Shown here one piece after another: positions 36,776-46,465 of a stretch of 64,000 nucleotides of DNA. The position numbers were made by a program, and so were the translations under genes. A model generated the notes under the pieces. The model ran no database searches. It saw only the letters and a program-made list of their open reading frames with translations, and was not told the DNA's origin. How positions within the stretch are numbered: the first letter of the stretch is position 1; each line of letters begins with the position of its first letter. Origin of the DNA: Candidatus Saccharimonadales bacterium (GTDB lineage Bacteria; Patescibacteriota; Saccharimonadia; Saccharimonadales; JAYRRP01); the NCBI GenBank assembly GCA_041906765.1, contig JAYRIP010000004.1, positions 132,342 to 196,341 of the forward strand, read 5' to 3'.

Positions 36776-37420
36776 ATGAGAACACAACAGGAATTCAACT
36801 CATCCGTCTCTTCTAACGCAGACGACGACCGCAACACTAGCGACAAGTCCTTGGCGAAGGAGCGGCTGCGCAGCATTATTTCTACAGTTGCAATTATTGT
36901 TATTGCCCCCTTAATCGCCCTTAGCCTCACCGCGTATGTATTCCAATCTTATGAAGTTGACGGCCCAAGTATGGAAACCACCCTGCAACACCAAGACCGG
37001 TTGATCGTTTATAAGACTCCTCGAACTGTTGCGCGCATTACACATCATCCTTACATCCCTCATCGCGGCGATATTATTATCTTTAACACTTCAGAGGTAG
37101 GCGGTGAAGAAAAGCAATTGATTAAACGGGTAATCGGTCTGCCGGGTGAAAAAGTCGTGGTAAAAGATGGCACCGTGACGGTTTATAACAAAGAACATCC
37201 CCAAGGCTTTGAACCGGACAATACTTTGCCCTACGGCAAAGTCATCGTGACAACCCCGGGCGAATATACTGGAGTGATCGGTGAAAACGAAGTTTTTGTG
37301 ATGGGTGATAACCGTAATAACTCATTGGACTCCAGGATAATCGGCCCCGTCCCAGTCCAAGATATAGTCGGTAAACTGGTCCTGCGGCTCTTTCCTTTCG
37401 GCAAAGCCCAAAAATTTTAA
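36776..37420 (+). CDS. lepB: signal peptidase I
   Basis: SYEVDGPSMETTL (catalytic Ser box), KRVIGLPGE (Lys box), MGDNRNNSLDSR. Confidence 0.93.
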   Translation: MRTQQEFNSSVSSNADDDRNTSDKSLAKERLRSIISTVAIIVIAPLIALSLTAYVFQSYEVDGPSMETTLQHQDRLIVYKTPRTVARITHHPYIPHRGDIIIFNTSEVGGEEKQLIKRVIGLPGEKVVVKDGTVTVYNKEHPQGFEPDNTLPYGKVIVTTPGEYTGVIGENEVFVMGDNRNNSLDSRIIGPVPVQDIVGKLVLRLFPFGKAQKF

Positions 37421-38296
37421 TTAGCCCTTGGTAAGACGCTGGATGATTCGGCGCAAATCTGTATCATTTTGAAAGGTAATCTCCAGTTTGCCACCCTTGG
37501 CAGTCCGGCGAAGCGTTACCGGTGTTTTGAGTAATGAGCTTAGCTTTTCTGTCTGAGGAGTCTTCTCCAGCACCCGACGTTTTGCGACTGCTTCCGATTT
37601 GGCGCCATGTTTATGAGCTAATACATACCGCTCTGCCTGGCGAACGGTCCACCCATGAGTTCGTATTTGCTCAAGAAGATTTTCCTGCAGTTCTGGCGTT
37701 TTGAGAGCCAGGATTGCCCGTGCGTGACCCTCGCTGATTTCTTTAGAATGCAAAGCCTGTTGGGCACGCGGCGATAGCTTCAATAAACGAACTATATTCA
37801 TGACGGTCGAGAGAGCTTTGCCTAATCGTTTGGCGATTACTGAGTACTCCTGGCTGAACTGTTCGTGCAGACGCTGAATAGAGGCAGCCTGTTCTAGGGG
37901 TGAGAGGTCGACTCGCTGGACGTTTTCAACCAGAGCAACTTCTAACTGTTGTAGCTCTTCAGTTGTCCGCACCACTGCCGGCACTGTATCCAAGCCTGCC
38001 AGTTGAGCTGCTCGCCACCGTCTCTCCCCGGCAACAATTTGAAAATTATCACCCTGAGCCGGTGTTACCACAAGGGGTTGCAAAATGCCGTGCCGCTTTA
38101 TCGACTCTGAAAGCTCGATTAAGAATTCTTCGTCAAAATGACGTCGTGGCTGATGCGGGTTTGGCGCTAATTTTGCCACTGGCAATTTCCTAATACGTTC
38201 CTCTTTACTGGTTAATGCACTGACATCCAAATTCTCAGGAATAAGTGCATCGAACCCTTTACCTAATCCTACATGCTTACGTGACACGAGCTTCAA
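37421..38296 (-). CDS. parB: chromosome partitioning protein ParB (Spo0J)
   Basis: GLGKGFDALIP, NPHQPRRHFDEE, HGILQPLVV...IVAGERRWRAA, and an HTH region. The start is TTG 38296 or GTG 38287. Confidence 0.93.
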   Translation of the reverse strand: MKLVSRKHVGLGKGFDALIPENLDVSALTSKEERIRKLPVAKLAPNPHQPRRHFDEEFLIELSESIKRHGILQPLVVTPAQGDNFQIVAGERRWRAAQLAGLDTVPAVVRTTEELQQLEVALVENVQRVDLSPLEQAASIQRLHEQFSQEYSVIAKRLGKALSTVMNIVRLLKLSPRAQQALHSKEISEGHARAILALKTPELQENLLEQIRTHGWTVRQAERYVLAHKHGAKSEAVAKRRVLEKTPQTEKLSSLLKTPVTLRRTAKGGKLEITFQNDTDLRRIIQRLTKG

Positions 38297-39035
38297 CCTC
38301 CTTCGCTAATTGCTTGTAACTGCGGGCGCCTTTGGACCATTTGTCATGCTCTGCAATCGTCTTACCAAAACTTGGTGCTTCAGCAAGACGCACATTTCTA
38401 GGGATAAAGGTTGGCAGTACTTTATCATCAAAATGCTTACGTAGTTCCGTGACTACCTGGTCAGATAATGCAGTCCGGCGATCATACATCGTCACCACCA
38501 GTCCCAAGATTGACAGATCAGGGTTCAGTCCCCCCTTGACTCGTTTTATTACTTCTAACAGTTGTCCCAAGCCCTCAAGCGCGTAGTATTCTGCTTGCAC
38601 CGGTATGAGTACATGTTGTGCAGCGGTAAGTGCATTGACAGTCAATAGCCCCAACGCCGGAGGACAATCAATGATTATGTAATCGTGTGCAGAAGCCGCT
38701 AAGGCCCGCTGAAGCTTATACTCACGTTTTGTTTCTCCAGCGAGGTCTAATTCTGCGGCAGCAAGCGAAGAATTGCTGGGGAGCAAGCTTAAACCCGGAG
38801 TAGCGGACGAAAGAATAGCCTGATCTAGTGAGCACTTACCAAACAGGATGTCGTACATTGTGTGGTCTAGTTCGTATTTATTGGGTCCAAGACCGCTCGT
38901 GGCATTACCCTGCGGATCCATATCAACCAATAAAACGCTTCGGTCTTTTTTTGCTAAATATGCAGCCAAGTTGATGGCGGTAGTGGTTTTACCGACCCCG
39001 CCTTTCTGGTTGATGACCGCGATGATATGGCTCAT
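38277..39035 (-). CDS. parA: chromosome partitioning ATPase ParA (Soj)
   Basis: Deviant Walker A NQKGGVGKTTTAINLAA, then LLVDMDPQGNAT and IIIDCPP. Confidence 0.95.
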   Translation of the reverse strand: MSHIIAVINQKGGVGKTTTAINLAAYLAKKDRSVLLVDMDPQGNATSGLGPNKYELDHTMYDILFGKCSLDQAILSSATPGLSLLPSNSSLAAAELDLAGETKREYKLQRALAASAHDYIIIDCPPALGLLTVNALTAAQHVLIPVQAEYYALEGLGQLLEVIKRVKGGLNPDLSILGLVVTMYDRRTALSDQVVTELRKHFDDKVLPTFIPRNVRLAEAPSFGKTIAEHDKWSKGARSYKQLAKEVEARVT

Positions 39036-39146
39036 TTTGTTTTTGACTTCCGTACCTTAACAAACATAAGCCTACCACTAAGCAAGCAGATAGTAAATCA
39101 ACCACCAAGGTAGCCATTTAGTAATAGTATTAAACGGCTAGTACTG

Positions 39147-39458
39147 TTACTCTTGTGTTATTTTGGATATTTTTATCCGAGTATGGATTTGCCGGTGTCC
39201 GTGTATTTTGCGAACCCGCTTTTTGGCCTTATAGCGGATAGCAGTTACCTTCTCCGCTTTGACTTCTGGTACCACTACCTCAGCGGTAACAGTTGCTGCC
39301 TGCACTTCAGGTGTGCCAATTGATATCTTTTTGTCGATTATGGTTAACAGAGGAGTGAAAGAAACCTTCTTTTGGTCGCTCACTCGCTCGATTTCTAATT
39401 CCTCACCTTCGGTAACAAGATATTGTTTGCCTCCGGTGACAATGACCGCTTTTTTCAC
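39147..39458 (-). CDS. rplU: 50S ribosomal protein L21
   Basis: MKKAVIVTGGKQYLVTEGEELEIE...YKAKKRVRKIHGHRQ. Confidence 0.93.
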   Translation of the reverse strand: MKKAVIVTGGKQYLVTEGEELEIERVSDQKKVSFTPLLTIIDKKISIGTPEVQAATVTAEVVVPEVKAEKVTAIRYKAKKRVRKIHGHRQIHTRIKISKITQE

Positions 39459-39529
39459 AGTTCGTACTCTTCTTTTAGAATGTTTACCGATAGATGGTAA
39501 CAGAGAAGGACCTCTCTGTAAAGGGCACT

Positions 39530-42436
39530 CTAGGACTTACCAAGGCTAATTTGTAGAGCTTTTTTGTCAACCACAACGGTTGTTTGGTGCGGCAAATGGG
39601 CCTTATGAGCCACATTGAGCGTGGTAGCCAGTGTTTCTTGGCTTATAACAGCTGTATGCTGCTCTATGGCCGTAGTTAACTCTGGATCGTCTGTATGCAG
39701 CTGCAATGTAATACGATCATCCACATGAAGCCCAGCTTTTTTGCGAGCATTTTGGACTTGGCGTATCACTTCACGCGCCACCCCTTCCCTTTTCAACGCA
39801 GGGGTAAGCGTAGTGTCGAGTAAAACATGCGGGAGGACAATAGCCCCATTAGCCGCCGAGCTTGCTTGCACGCTAATATGTTTCACGTTCAGCTCTTCTT
39901 TTGCAATCTCTAAGAGATCCTGATTCAGGGTATTGCCTGGGATGTTCACTAGTGTCACTGAAGCGAGCGGCTGACGCACTTTGATACCTTGCTCAGCTCG
40001 CTTAGATAGACCGTCGTTGATAGCCTGGCGTACTACTACCATCTCCTTTAAGGCCAATTCATTTATGTGACCATATTGGGGCCAATCAAGCAGATGTACG
40101 GACTCTCTTCCAGTAAGCTTTTGATAAAGTTCCTCCGCCAAAAACGGGGTAAACGGTGCCATAACCATAGCAAGCTGTACTAGGACATAATGAAGGGTCT
40201 TATAGGCGTCATGCTTATCTTTATCGCTACCTGACTTCCAAAAACGACGCCGGGAACGGCGAACGTACCAGTTCGACGCATCGTCAATGAACGGTAATAT
40301 CGGCTTCATGGCATTCGGAATGTCATACGCATCCATGTGTCTTTCCACCTCACCGGTCAACTGATGGACACGACTGATAATCCAGTGGTCTAGTGGGTTT
40401 GTGCAGCTGGGGTAAGGATCTTCATGACGACCATCCCACTCCCACCCATCCACCTCAGCGTACATAGTAAAGAAATCATACATATTCCAGATCATATCGA
40501 GTTTGCGGGCCACGTCGCCGACATCTTTGTCGTGCAAGGCAAAATCTTCGCCGTTTAACAGCGGGCTTGAAAGCAGCAGGAAGCGTAAGGAGTCGGCGGA
40601 GAACTTGTCCATCAGCTCATTCGGATCGGTGTAATTTCCATAGCTTTTGCTCATTTTACGACCATCATTGCCAGCTACGTTACCGGTAACAATAACGTTC
40701 TTGAACGAATTTTCACCGAACAACGCCACCGCCATGGCGTGCATATAGTAAAACCACGCCCGCACCTGGCCGATGTATTCAACAATGAAATCACCCGGAA
40801 AGTTTTCTTCAAATTTCTCTTTGTTCTCAAAGGGGTAATGAAACTGCGCGAATGGCATGGAACCGGCCTCAAACCAGCTGTCTATCACCTTGTCGATACG
40901 ACGGTAATGTACGCCATCCAGGTCAAACTCGATTTTATCTATCCAAGGACGATGATAATCTTCTAGCTCAATTCCTGAAAGTTCTTTTAATTCCGCGTAA
41001 CTACCTATTACTTTGGTATGTTCCTGTCCGTTGCCATCAACACCTTTCCACACCGGCATAGCCGTCGCCCAAAAGCGATCACGCGAGATGTTCCAATCTG
41101 GCGCCTGCTCAATGTTCTTGGCGAAACGGCCGTTCTTTACATGCTCTGGAAACCAGTTAATCGGACCGTTCTTCTCGAGCATCAGCTCGCGTTGACCATC
41201 GATATCTATAAACCAACTTGGGTGAGCACGGTACATCAGTCGTGTCCCACAGCGATGACAGTGAGGATAGCTGTGAAGCATGTAGTCAATTTTCCAGACA
41301 ATGCCCCGTTCTTTTAGATCTTTGGCAATCTGCTTATTAACTTCCCAAACATTATTGCCCTTCCAGGGACCTTCAGTAAAATAGCCGTTTTCGTCAATGG
41401 TATGTACCACCGGTATACCATTCTCCCGAGCCAGCTGGAAGTCCTCTTCGCCGTAAGCCGGCGCAAGGTGCACAATACCGGTACCGTCTTCGTGACTTAC
41501 GTAATCAGCAGCCCAGACCTTATGGGCTCCGCTGCCGCGATCAACCCCAAGCAACGGCTCATATGAGGCCCCCACGAGATCTTTTCCCTTCAGCTCATTG
41601 ACTGTCTCATATGTGAGCAGCTGGTGTTTCTCATCCACCAATACCTTGTTCAGGAGTTCCTTGGCGATAATGAACTGCTCGCCAGCTACTTTGACTTCCA
41701 CGTAGGTTAGTTTTTTATTGACCGCCAGTGCCGTATTGGCCGGTAATGTCCAGGGTGTGGTTGTCCACGCGAGTAGCGTCCGTCCATCAGTTAGCTTAAA
41801 CTTCACGTATACGCTCGGATCAGTTACATCCTGGTACGCACCGGCATCCATGGTGACCTCTGCTTTACTGAGAGGTGTAGCATCGAGGGTGCAGTACATC
41901 AGCACCTTTTCCCCTTCGAAAATCTTGCCTCTTTCGTATAGAGTCTTAAACGCCCACCAGATACTTTCCATATAGTCTTTGTCCATGGTCTTGTAAGCAC
42001 CTTTGAAATCTACCCAGCGGCCTATGCGATCAACCACGTCCTCCCATTCGCTCGATGTCTGCACCATGTTGTCCCGACAGGCTAGGATGTATTTTTCAAT
42101 GCCGTACTCGAGCACTTCTTCACGACTATGGATACCAAGTTTTTGCTCAGTGTAACGTTCGGCCGGCAGACCGTGGCAGTCCCATCCCCACACGCGCTCG
42201 ACTCTTTTACCTTTCATGGTCTGGTAACGCGGCACCGCATCTTTTACGATAGAGCTCAGCAGTGTACCGTGATGAGGCACACCCGAAATAAATGGTGGAC
42301 CATCATAAAATACATAGCTGTTGTCCTTGGGGCGATTTTCGATTGACCTCTCAAATGTCTTCTTGGCTTTCCACTGCTGTACTAAGTCATTTTCATATTC
42401 AAGCGGGGATCGGCGTGTTCTGGATCGATATTTCAT
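39530..42436 (-). CDS. ileS: isoleucyl-tRNA synthetase
   Basis: FYDGPPFISGVPHHGTLL (HIGH region), the CP1 editing region (TTPWTLPAN), and KMSKSYGN. At 968 aa it lacks the long Cys-rich C-terminus of type 1 enzymes. Confidence 0.97.
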   Translation of the reverse strand: MKYRSRTRRSPLEYENDLVQQWKAKKTFERSIENRPKDNSYVFYDGPPFISGVPHHGTLLSSIVKDAVPRYQTMKGKRVERVWGWDCHGLPAERYTEQKLGIHSREEVLEYGIEKYILACRDNMVQTSSEWEDVVDRIGRWVDFKGAYKTMDKDYMESIWWAFKTLYERGKIFEGEKVLMYCTLDATPLSKAEVTMDAGAYQDVTDPSVYVKFKLTDGRTLLAWTTTPWTLPANTALAVNKKLTYVEVKVAGEQFIIAKELLNKVLVDEKHQLLTYETVNELKGKDLVGASYEPLLGVDRGSGAHKVWAADYVSHEDGTGIVHLAPAYGEEDFQLARENGIPVVHTIDENGYFTEGPWKGNNVWEVNKQIAKDLKERGIVWKIDYMLHSYPHCHRCGTRLMYRAHPSWFIDIDGQRELMLEKNGPINWFPEHVKNGRFAKNIEQAPDWNISRDRFWATAMPVWKGVDGNGQEHTKVIGSYAELKELSGIELEDYHRPWIDKIEFDLDGVHYRRIDKVIDSWFEAGSMPFAQFHYPFENKEKFEENFPGDFIVEYIGQVRAWFYYMHAMAVALFGENSFKNVIVTGNVAGNDGRKMSKSYGNYTDPNELMDKFSADSLRFLLLSSPLLNGEDFALHDKDVGDVARKLDMIWNMYDFFTMYAEVDGWEWDGRHEDPYPSCTNPLDHWIISRVHQLTGEVERHMDAYDIPNAMKPILPFIDDASNWYVRRSRRRFWKSGSDKDKHDAYKTLHYVLVQLAMVMAPFTPFLAEELYQKLTGRESVHLLDWPQYGHINELALKEMVVVRQAINDGLSKRAEQGIKVRQPLASVTLVNIPGNTLNQDLLEIAKEELNVKHISVQASSAANGAIVLPHVLLDTTLTPALKREGVAREVIRQVQNARKKAGLHVDDRITLQLHTDDPELTTAIEQHTAVISQETLATTLNVAHKAHLPHQTTVVVDKKALQISLGKS

Positions 42437-42660
42437 ATTTCTTCCTTAATAAGTCAATTGGGACAAAAAAAGTCCCTCTATTCAGCCGGAATCCCTGTGT
42501 GCAGTTTTCTTGACTAAACTGCGCTTGGGGACGGTACCATCCGGCTTCCTAAAGAGACGCTTTCTCTAGAGGCCCTTGATTTTCGCTGTGACGGGCGGCC
42601 CGTCGGGTTCTACTTGGGAATATCCCGTTCTTCCCGCTCCTTCGTGGATGATAGCCACTT
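42437..42660 (-). promoter_or_regulatory. T-box leader (tRNA-Ile sensing) upstream of ileS
   Basis: The minus-strand RNA contains AGCCGGA-UGGUACC-GUCCC (plus 42527-42547). The T-box core UGGUACCG is intact. The downstream partner strand GGGAU-UCCGGCU allows a two-helix antiterminator with a 7-nt bulge, in which UGGU would pair with the tRNA ACCA end. Upstream lie AGUAGAA, a 6-bp hairpin (GACGGG-CCG-CCCGUC), then GCGAAA-AUC-A, an Ile codon followed by a purine (AUC at 42580..42578). A GGGAC-U7-GUCCC hairpin (42460-42476) and SD AAGGAAG precede the ATG. Confidence 0.6.
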
Positions 42661-42712
42661 TTGCTTTACCACTACAGTAGTAAACAGACGGATTTACAGT
42701 TATGACTATACG

Positions 42713-43000
42713 CTACAGATACGCTGCGTGCAACTCAGGTTGCGCGTAACTGGCTACTTCGCTTACAAGGGGTAATTGCTCGCCTTCCCACGAACGAATA
42801 AGCTGTCCATCGTCCGATAGGGCGAGAAGTGCAGGATAGCGGACAATGTCATATAGAGAAGCAGTAGCGGCACCGTCACGGGTATCAAGGTTCACGAGTT
42901 CCACTTTTCTGTCAGGATATAAATGACGGAACTCATGCAAGAACTCCTCGATGCTCCGCGCATGTTCAGAATCTGGTCGGTACAAAACACACACCTTCAT
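42713..43000 (-). CDS. small glutaredoxin/NrdH-like (thioredoxin-fold) protein lacking the CxxC active site
   Basis: 95 aa. MKVCVLYRPDSEHARSIEEFL...VELVNLD...YPALLAL.DDGQLIRSW follows the beta-alpha-beta...cis-Pro layout of Grx/NrdH, but PDSEH sits where CxxC is expected. Directly downstream of nrdJ. Confidence 0.5.
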   Translation of the reverse strand: MKVCVLYRPDSEHARSIEEFLHEFRHLYPDRKVELVNLDTRDGAATASLYDIVRYPALLALSDDGQLIRSWEGEQLPLVSEVASYAQPELHAAYL

Positions 43001-43029
43001 TATGGTGAGTAGTGTAACACAGCTCGTGC

Positions 43030-45786
43030 TTAGCTGCAGCCTGTTGTTGAGCCGCAGGCAGTACAGACGTAGCAGCTACCTGCCCGTTGCGTTTGATTAC
43101 CACAGTTATAGCAAATGGGGGCAGTGTCATCCTGGTTCTGCGTGGTTTTTAGAGCTTCTACCTGCTCTGCACCACTGACTGGCACCACATCAGACGGAAC
43201 AGCAGCGGCACTCTGTGCAGCCCCCTCATCAATAGGTAGTTCAGCTTGTTCGCCAGGCATATCTTCTATAGAGGACAAGCCGAGTTCAAGCCGATCATCG
43301 AATGGCAAATAAGTCAGAGCAAGCCGGCGCGACAGATAGTCGACAAGTGACGATGCAGTTCGTATATCAGGATCGTCAGTAATACCAGCCGGTGCAAATG
43401 ACATACTGGTAAATGACTTTACGTAGCTCTTCAGCGGAACACCATACTGTAAGCCATGACTCATACTGATGGCAAACGCATCCATAATACCACGCAAAGT
43501 GGATCCCTGTTTGGCGATACTAACAAAGATCTCACCCGGGCTGCCGTCTTCATACTCGCCTACGGTCATATACCCATGACTATCGGCTACATGAAAGGAG
43601 AAGGTTTTGGCGGCGCGGACTTTCGGCAGCTCGCGACGGACTGCACCTTTGACAATAATTTTGTCATTCACACGCTGAGCTTCATCTACAGGTGTCTTAT
43701 CATCTTCTTTCTTTGCCATAGAGAGAGGCTGAGCAACTTTGCAGTTATCCCGATAAATCGCTACTGCCTTGAGTCCCATTTTCCACGCATCGATATGAAG
43801 TTGCTCTACGTCTTCCACGCTCGCATCTTCTGGCATATTGACAGTCTTACTAATAGCACCTGAGAGAAATGGTTGCACTGCCGCCATCATTTTGACGTGG
43901 CCCAAATAATGGATAGCGTTATCGCCCATCGAACAGGCAAACACCGGAACATGCTCGGCACGAAGATGCGGCGCGCCCTGAATGGTTTTTTCTTGATCGA
44001 TGTGTCGGACGATATCAGTGATTTGGTTGGCGGTATAGCCAAGCGCTGCCAGTGCCCGTGGTACTGTTTGGTTGACGATACTCATCGTGCCGCCACCCAC
44101 CAGTTTTTTCACTTTCACCAGCCCCAAATCCGGTTCGATACCAGTGGTATCACAATCCATCATTAAACCTATGGTACCTGTGGGTGCCAATACACTGGCT
44201 TGTGCATTGCGAACTCCATACAAAGTGCCAAGTTCCACCGCCTCATCCCATGACGTCGCAGCTGCACTCAGCAATTCCTCTGCCACCAAGCCGGCATCTA
44301 TATGTGATACTGCTTCGCGATGCATCTTCAGTACATTAATCATGCCAGCTTTGTCTTTGTGGAAGCCAGCGAAGGGCCCTACCCGACTGGCAATTCGGGC
44401 ACTTGTAGTGTAAGCATGGCCGGTCATTAACGCAGTAATAGCAGCAGCCTGGGCGCGTCCTTCATCAGAATCATATGGCAATCCCTGAGCCATAAGCAAT
44501 GCGCCAAGGTTTGCGTAGCCCAAGCCTAATTCTCTGTAGGCACGGGCATTTTTGGCAATGTTCTTCGTAGGATAATCCGAGTATCCCACCAATATCTCCT
44601 GAGCAGTAAATACCAACTCAACCGTATGCTTAAACGCTTCAATATCAAAGGTCGCGTCATCTTTGAGATATTTTAATAGATTGATCGAGGCAAGATTACA
44701 AGCACTGTTATCGAGGTGCATGTATTCGCTACAAGGATTCGAGGCGTTAATGCGGCCAGCATTTGGTGTAGTGTGCCAATGATTAATCGTCGTATCGAAC
44801 TGCATGCCTGGGTCGGCACATTCCCAGGCAGCCTCAGCAATCTGTCTAAATAGGTCTCTCGCCTTGATACGTTTAACCGCCTTACCGGTCTTCATCTCTT
44901 TGAGTTCCCAATCAGCATCGTCTTCAACGGCTTGCATAAATTCGTCGGTGACACGTACCGAGTTATTGGCATTTTGATATTGCACTGAGTATGCGTCTCT
45001 CCCATCCAAACTCATATCAAAACCAGCCTCTTGTAATACGCGTGCCTTACGTTCTTCACGTGCTTTGCACCAGATAAATTCCTCAATATCAGGGTGGTCA
45101 GCATTCAGTATGACCATCTTGGCAGCTCGTCGTGTCTTACCACCACTTTTGATGGCACCGGCGGAAGCGTCTGCACCACGCATAAAGCTTAAGGGTCCGG
45201 AGGCAGTTCCGGCACTCTTACCTAGTTTTTCCATCGAGCCACGAAGAGTACTTAGGTTAATACCGGAGCCTGAGCCGCCCTTAAAAATCATGCCTTCTTC
45301 TGTGTACCAGTTAAGAATAGAGGGCATGGTGTCTTCAACGGCAAGGATAAAACAGGCGCTGGCCTGTTGAGAGCGCGTAGGTACACCGATGTTAAACCAT
45401 ACCGGTGAGTTAAAAGCGGCCCTTTGTGTTGCCAGGATGTATTTTAGCTCTTCCTTAAAGTCTGCAGTTTCGGTAGCTGATTCGAAATACCCTTCTTGTT
45501 GGCCTTGTCTGGCAATGGTATCGACAATACGGTCAATTAGATCTTTGAGTGAGGCTTCACGCTCAGAAGTACCAGGAGTACCGGTAAAATACTTTTGAGC
45601 TACGATATTAATGGCATTCTGAGACCAACCTTCAGGAAATTCCACATCTTGCTGCGCAAAGACAGGTTTACCAGTCATCGGATTGGTGATCAGGGCATCT
45701 TGCTTTGCCCATTTAAGCTTGTCATACGCTTTTGTTTTAGGAGGAGTGAATAGCCTCCTGCGCCCCAGGATTGTTGTCTGTCCCAT
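43030..45786 (-). CDS. nrdJ: adenosylcobalamin-dependent ribonucleotide reductase (class II)
   Basis: 918 aa with a class I/II RNR ten-stranded barrel signature (NPCSEYMHLDNSACNLASINL, with thiyl Cys in the finger loop) and a C-terminal Cys-rich tail (ICYNCG...CYVCTACGSTTGCS). There is no R2 gene nearby. Confidence 0.93.
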   Translation of the reverse strand: MGQTTILGRRRLFTPPKTKAYDKLKWAKQDALITNPMTGKPVFAQQDVEFPEGWSQNAINIVAQKYFTGTPGTSEREASLKDLIDRIVDTIARQGQQEGYFESATETADFKEELKYILATQRAAFNSPVWFNIGVPTRSQQASACFILAVEDTMPSILNWYTEEGMIFKGGSGSGINLSTLRGSMEKLGKSAGTASGPLSFMRGADASAGAIKSGGKTRRAAKMVILNADHPDIEEFIWCKAREERKARVLQEAGFDMSLDGRDAYSVQYQNANNSVRVTDEFMQAVEDDADWELKEMKTGKAVKRIKARDLFRQIAEAAWECADPGMQFDTTINHWHTTPNAGRINASNPCSEYMHLDNSACNLASINLLKYLKDDATFDIEAFKHTVELVFTAQEILVGYSDYPTKNIAKNARAYRELGLGYANLGALLMAQGLPYDSDEGRAQAAAITALMTGHAYTTSARIASRVGPFAGFHKDKAGMINVLKMHREAVSHIDAGLVAEELLSAAATSWDEAVELGTLYGVRNAQASVLAPTGTIGLMMDCDTTGIEPDLGLVKVKKLVGGGTMSIVNQTVPRALAALGYTANQITDIVRHIDQEKTIQGAPHLRAEHVPVFACSMGDNAIHYLGHVKMMAAVQPFLSGAISKTVNMPEDASVEDVEQLHIDAWKMGLKAVAIYRDNCKVAQPLSMAKKEDDKTPVDEAQRVNDKIIVKGAVRRELPKVRAAKTFSFHVADSHGYMTVGEYEDGSPGEIFVSIAKQGSTLRGIMDAFAISMSHGLQYGVPLKSYVKSFTSMSFAPAGITDDPDIRTASSLVDYLSRRLALTYLPFDDRLELGLSSIEDMPGEQAELPIDEGAAQSAAAVPSDVVPVSGAEQVEALKTTQNQDDTAPICYNCGNQTQRAGSCYVCTACGSTTGCS

Positions 45787-45866
45787 ACTTTACCCCCATA
45801 CTTTCCCTGCCTCATCTCTCAATTGGCAAGAAGTTTTTATTAATGTTTATTGTTTATTTAGAGTCA

Positions 45867-45922
45867 CCCAGCCTGATGGCCGGGAAAGCTCCCCCGGAGT
45901 CTAAGCCTTAGGCCCCGGGGGA
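45867..45922 (-). terminator. two GC-rich hairpins between nrdR and nrdJ (possible terminator/attenuator)
   Basis: The minus RNA reads UCCCCCGG-N17-CCGGGGGA (45890-45922, starting 5 nt after the nrdR stop), then CCCGGCC-AUCA-GGCUGGG (45867-45884). The second stem has a G-U pair only on the minus-strand RNA. The U-tract is weak. Confidence 0.35.
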
Positions 45923-45926
45923 ACTG

Positions 45927-46412
45927 TCAAACAGTTCTGGTATTTGACGTACGACTGGTTTTGAGTTCACGGATCTGAGAAAGTTCACGTTCGAATCCGG
46001 CAATATCCTTAAAGCGACGATAGACACTGGCGAACCGTACGTAGGCTACCTCATTGAGACGAGCAAGCCGATCCATTACCATCTGACCTATCTGCGTCGA
46101 GGTAACTTCAGCATCACCGCAACCGTAAAGCTGTTCCTCAATATCTGATACTAACCGCTCAAGCTGTACATTAGTAAGAGATGTTTTTTCGCTTGCACGG
46201 TACAAACCACCTAACAATTTTTGCCGGCTAAACAACTCGCGTGTACCGTTGTGTTTAATCACGACAAGTTGAGGCCGCTCTACCCTTTCATAGGTAGTAA
46301 ACCGATGGCTGCATTTCAGGCATACCCGTCGGCGGCGAATAGACTCACCGTCGGCGACATCGCGCGATTCAATTACTTTAGTATCTGCTTTTTGGCAGTG
46401 ACTACATTTCAT
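45927..46412 (-). CDS. nrdR: transcriptional repressor NrdR
   Basis: MKCSHCQKADTKVIESRD...RRRRVCLKCSHRFTTYE zinc ribbon plus an ATP-cone. Confidence 0.95.
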   Translation of the reverse strand: MKCSHCQKADTKVIESRDVADGESIRRRRVCLKCSHRFTTYERVERPQLVVIKHNGTRELFSRQKLLGGLYRASEKTSLTNVQLERLVSDIEEQLYGCGDAEVTSTQIGQMVMDRLARLNEVAYVRFASVYRRFKDIAGFERELSQIRELKTSRTSNTRTV

Positions 46413-46465
46413 GAGGTTTCTCTTTTTGCCTCCTTCCTCACTCTGAATGTACCAGGGCTATATCC

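Noticed and set aside
38273-38290. A possible parS site (ATGCTTACGTGACACGA) at the parA/parB junction, with a second half-site-like sequence TTACGTGAAAAG at about 16460.
   Set aside because: Only about 9 of 16 positions match the TGTTTCACGTGAAACA consensus, and one arm of the palindrome is missing. I found no convincing parS in the window.
45787-45926. A cobalamin riboswitch upstream of the B12-dependent nrdJ.
   Set aside because: The spacer is only 140 nt, and I could find no B12-box-like sequence (consensus around AGYCMGGAGACCKGCC). The hairpins present are simple GC stems.
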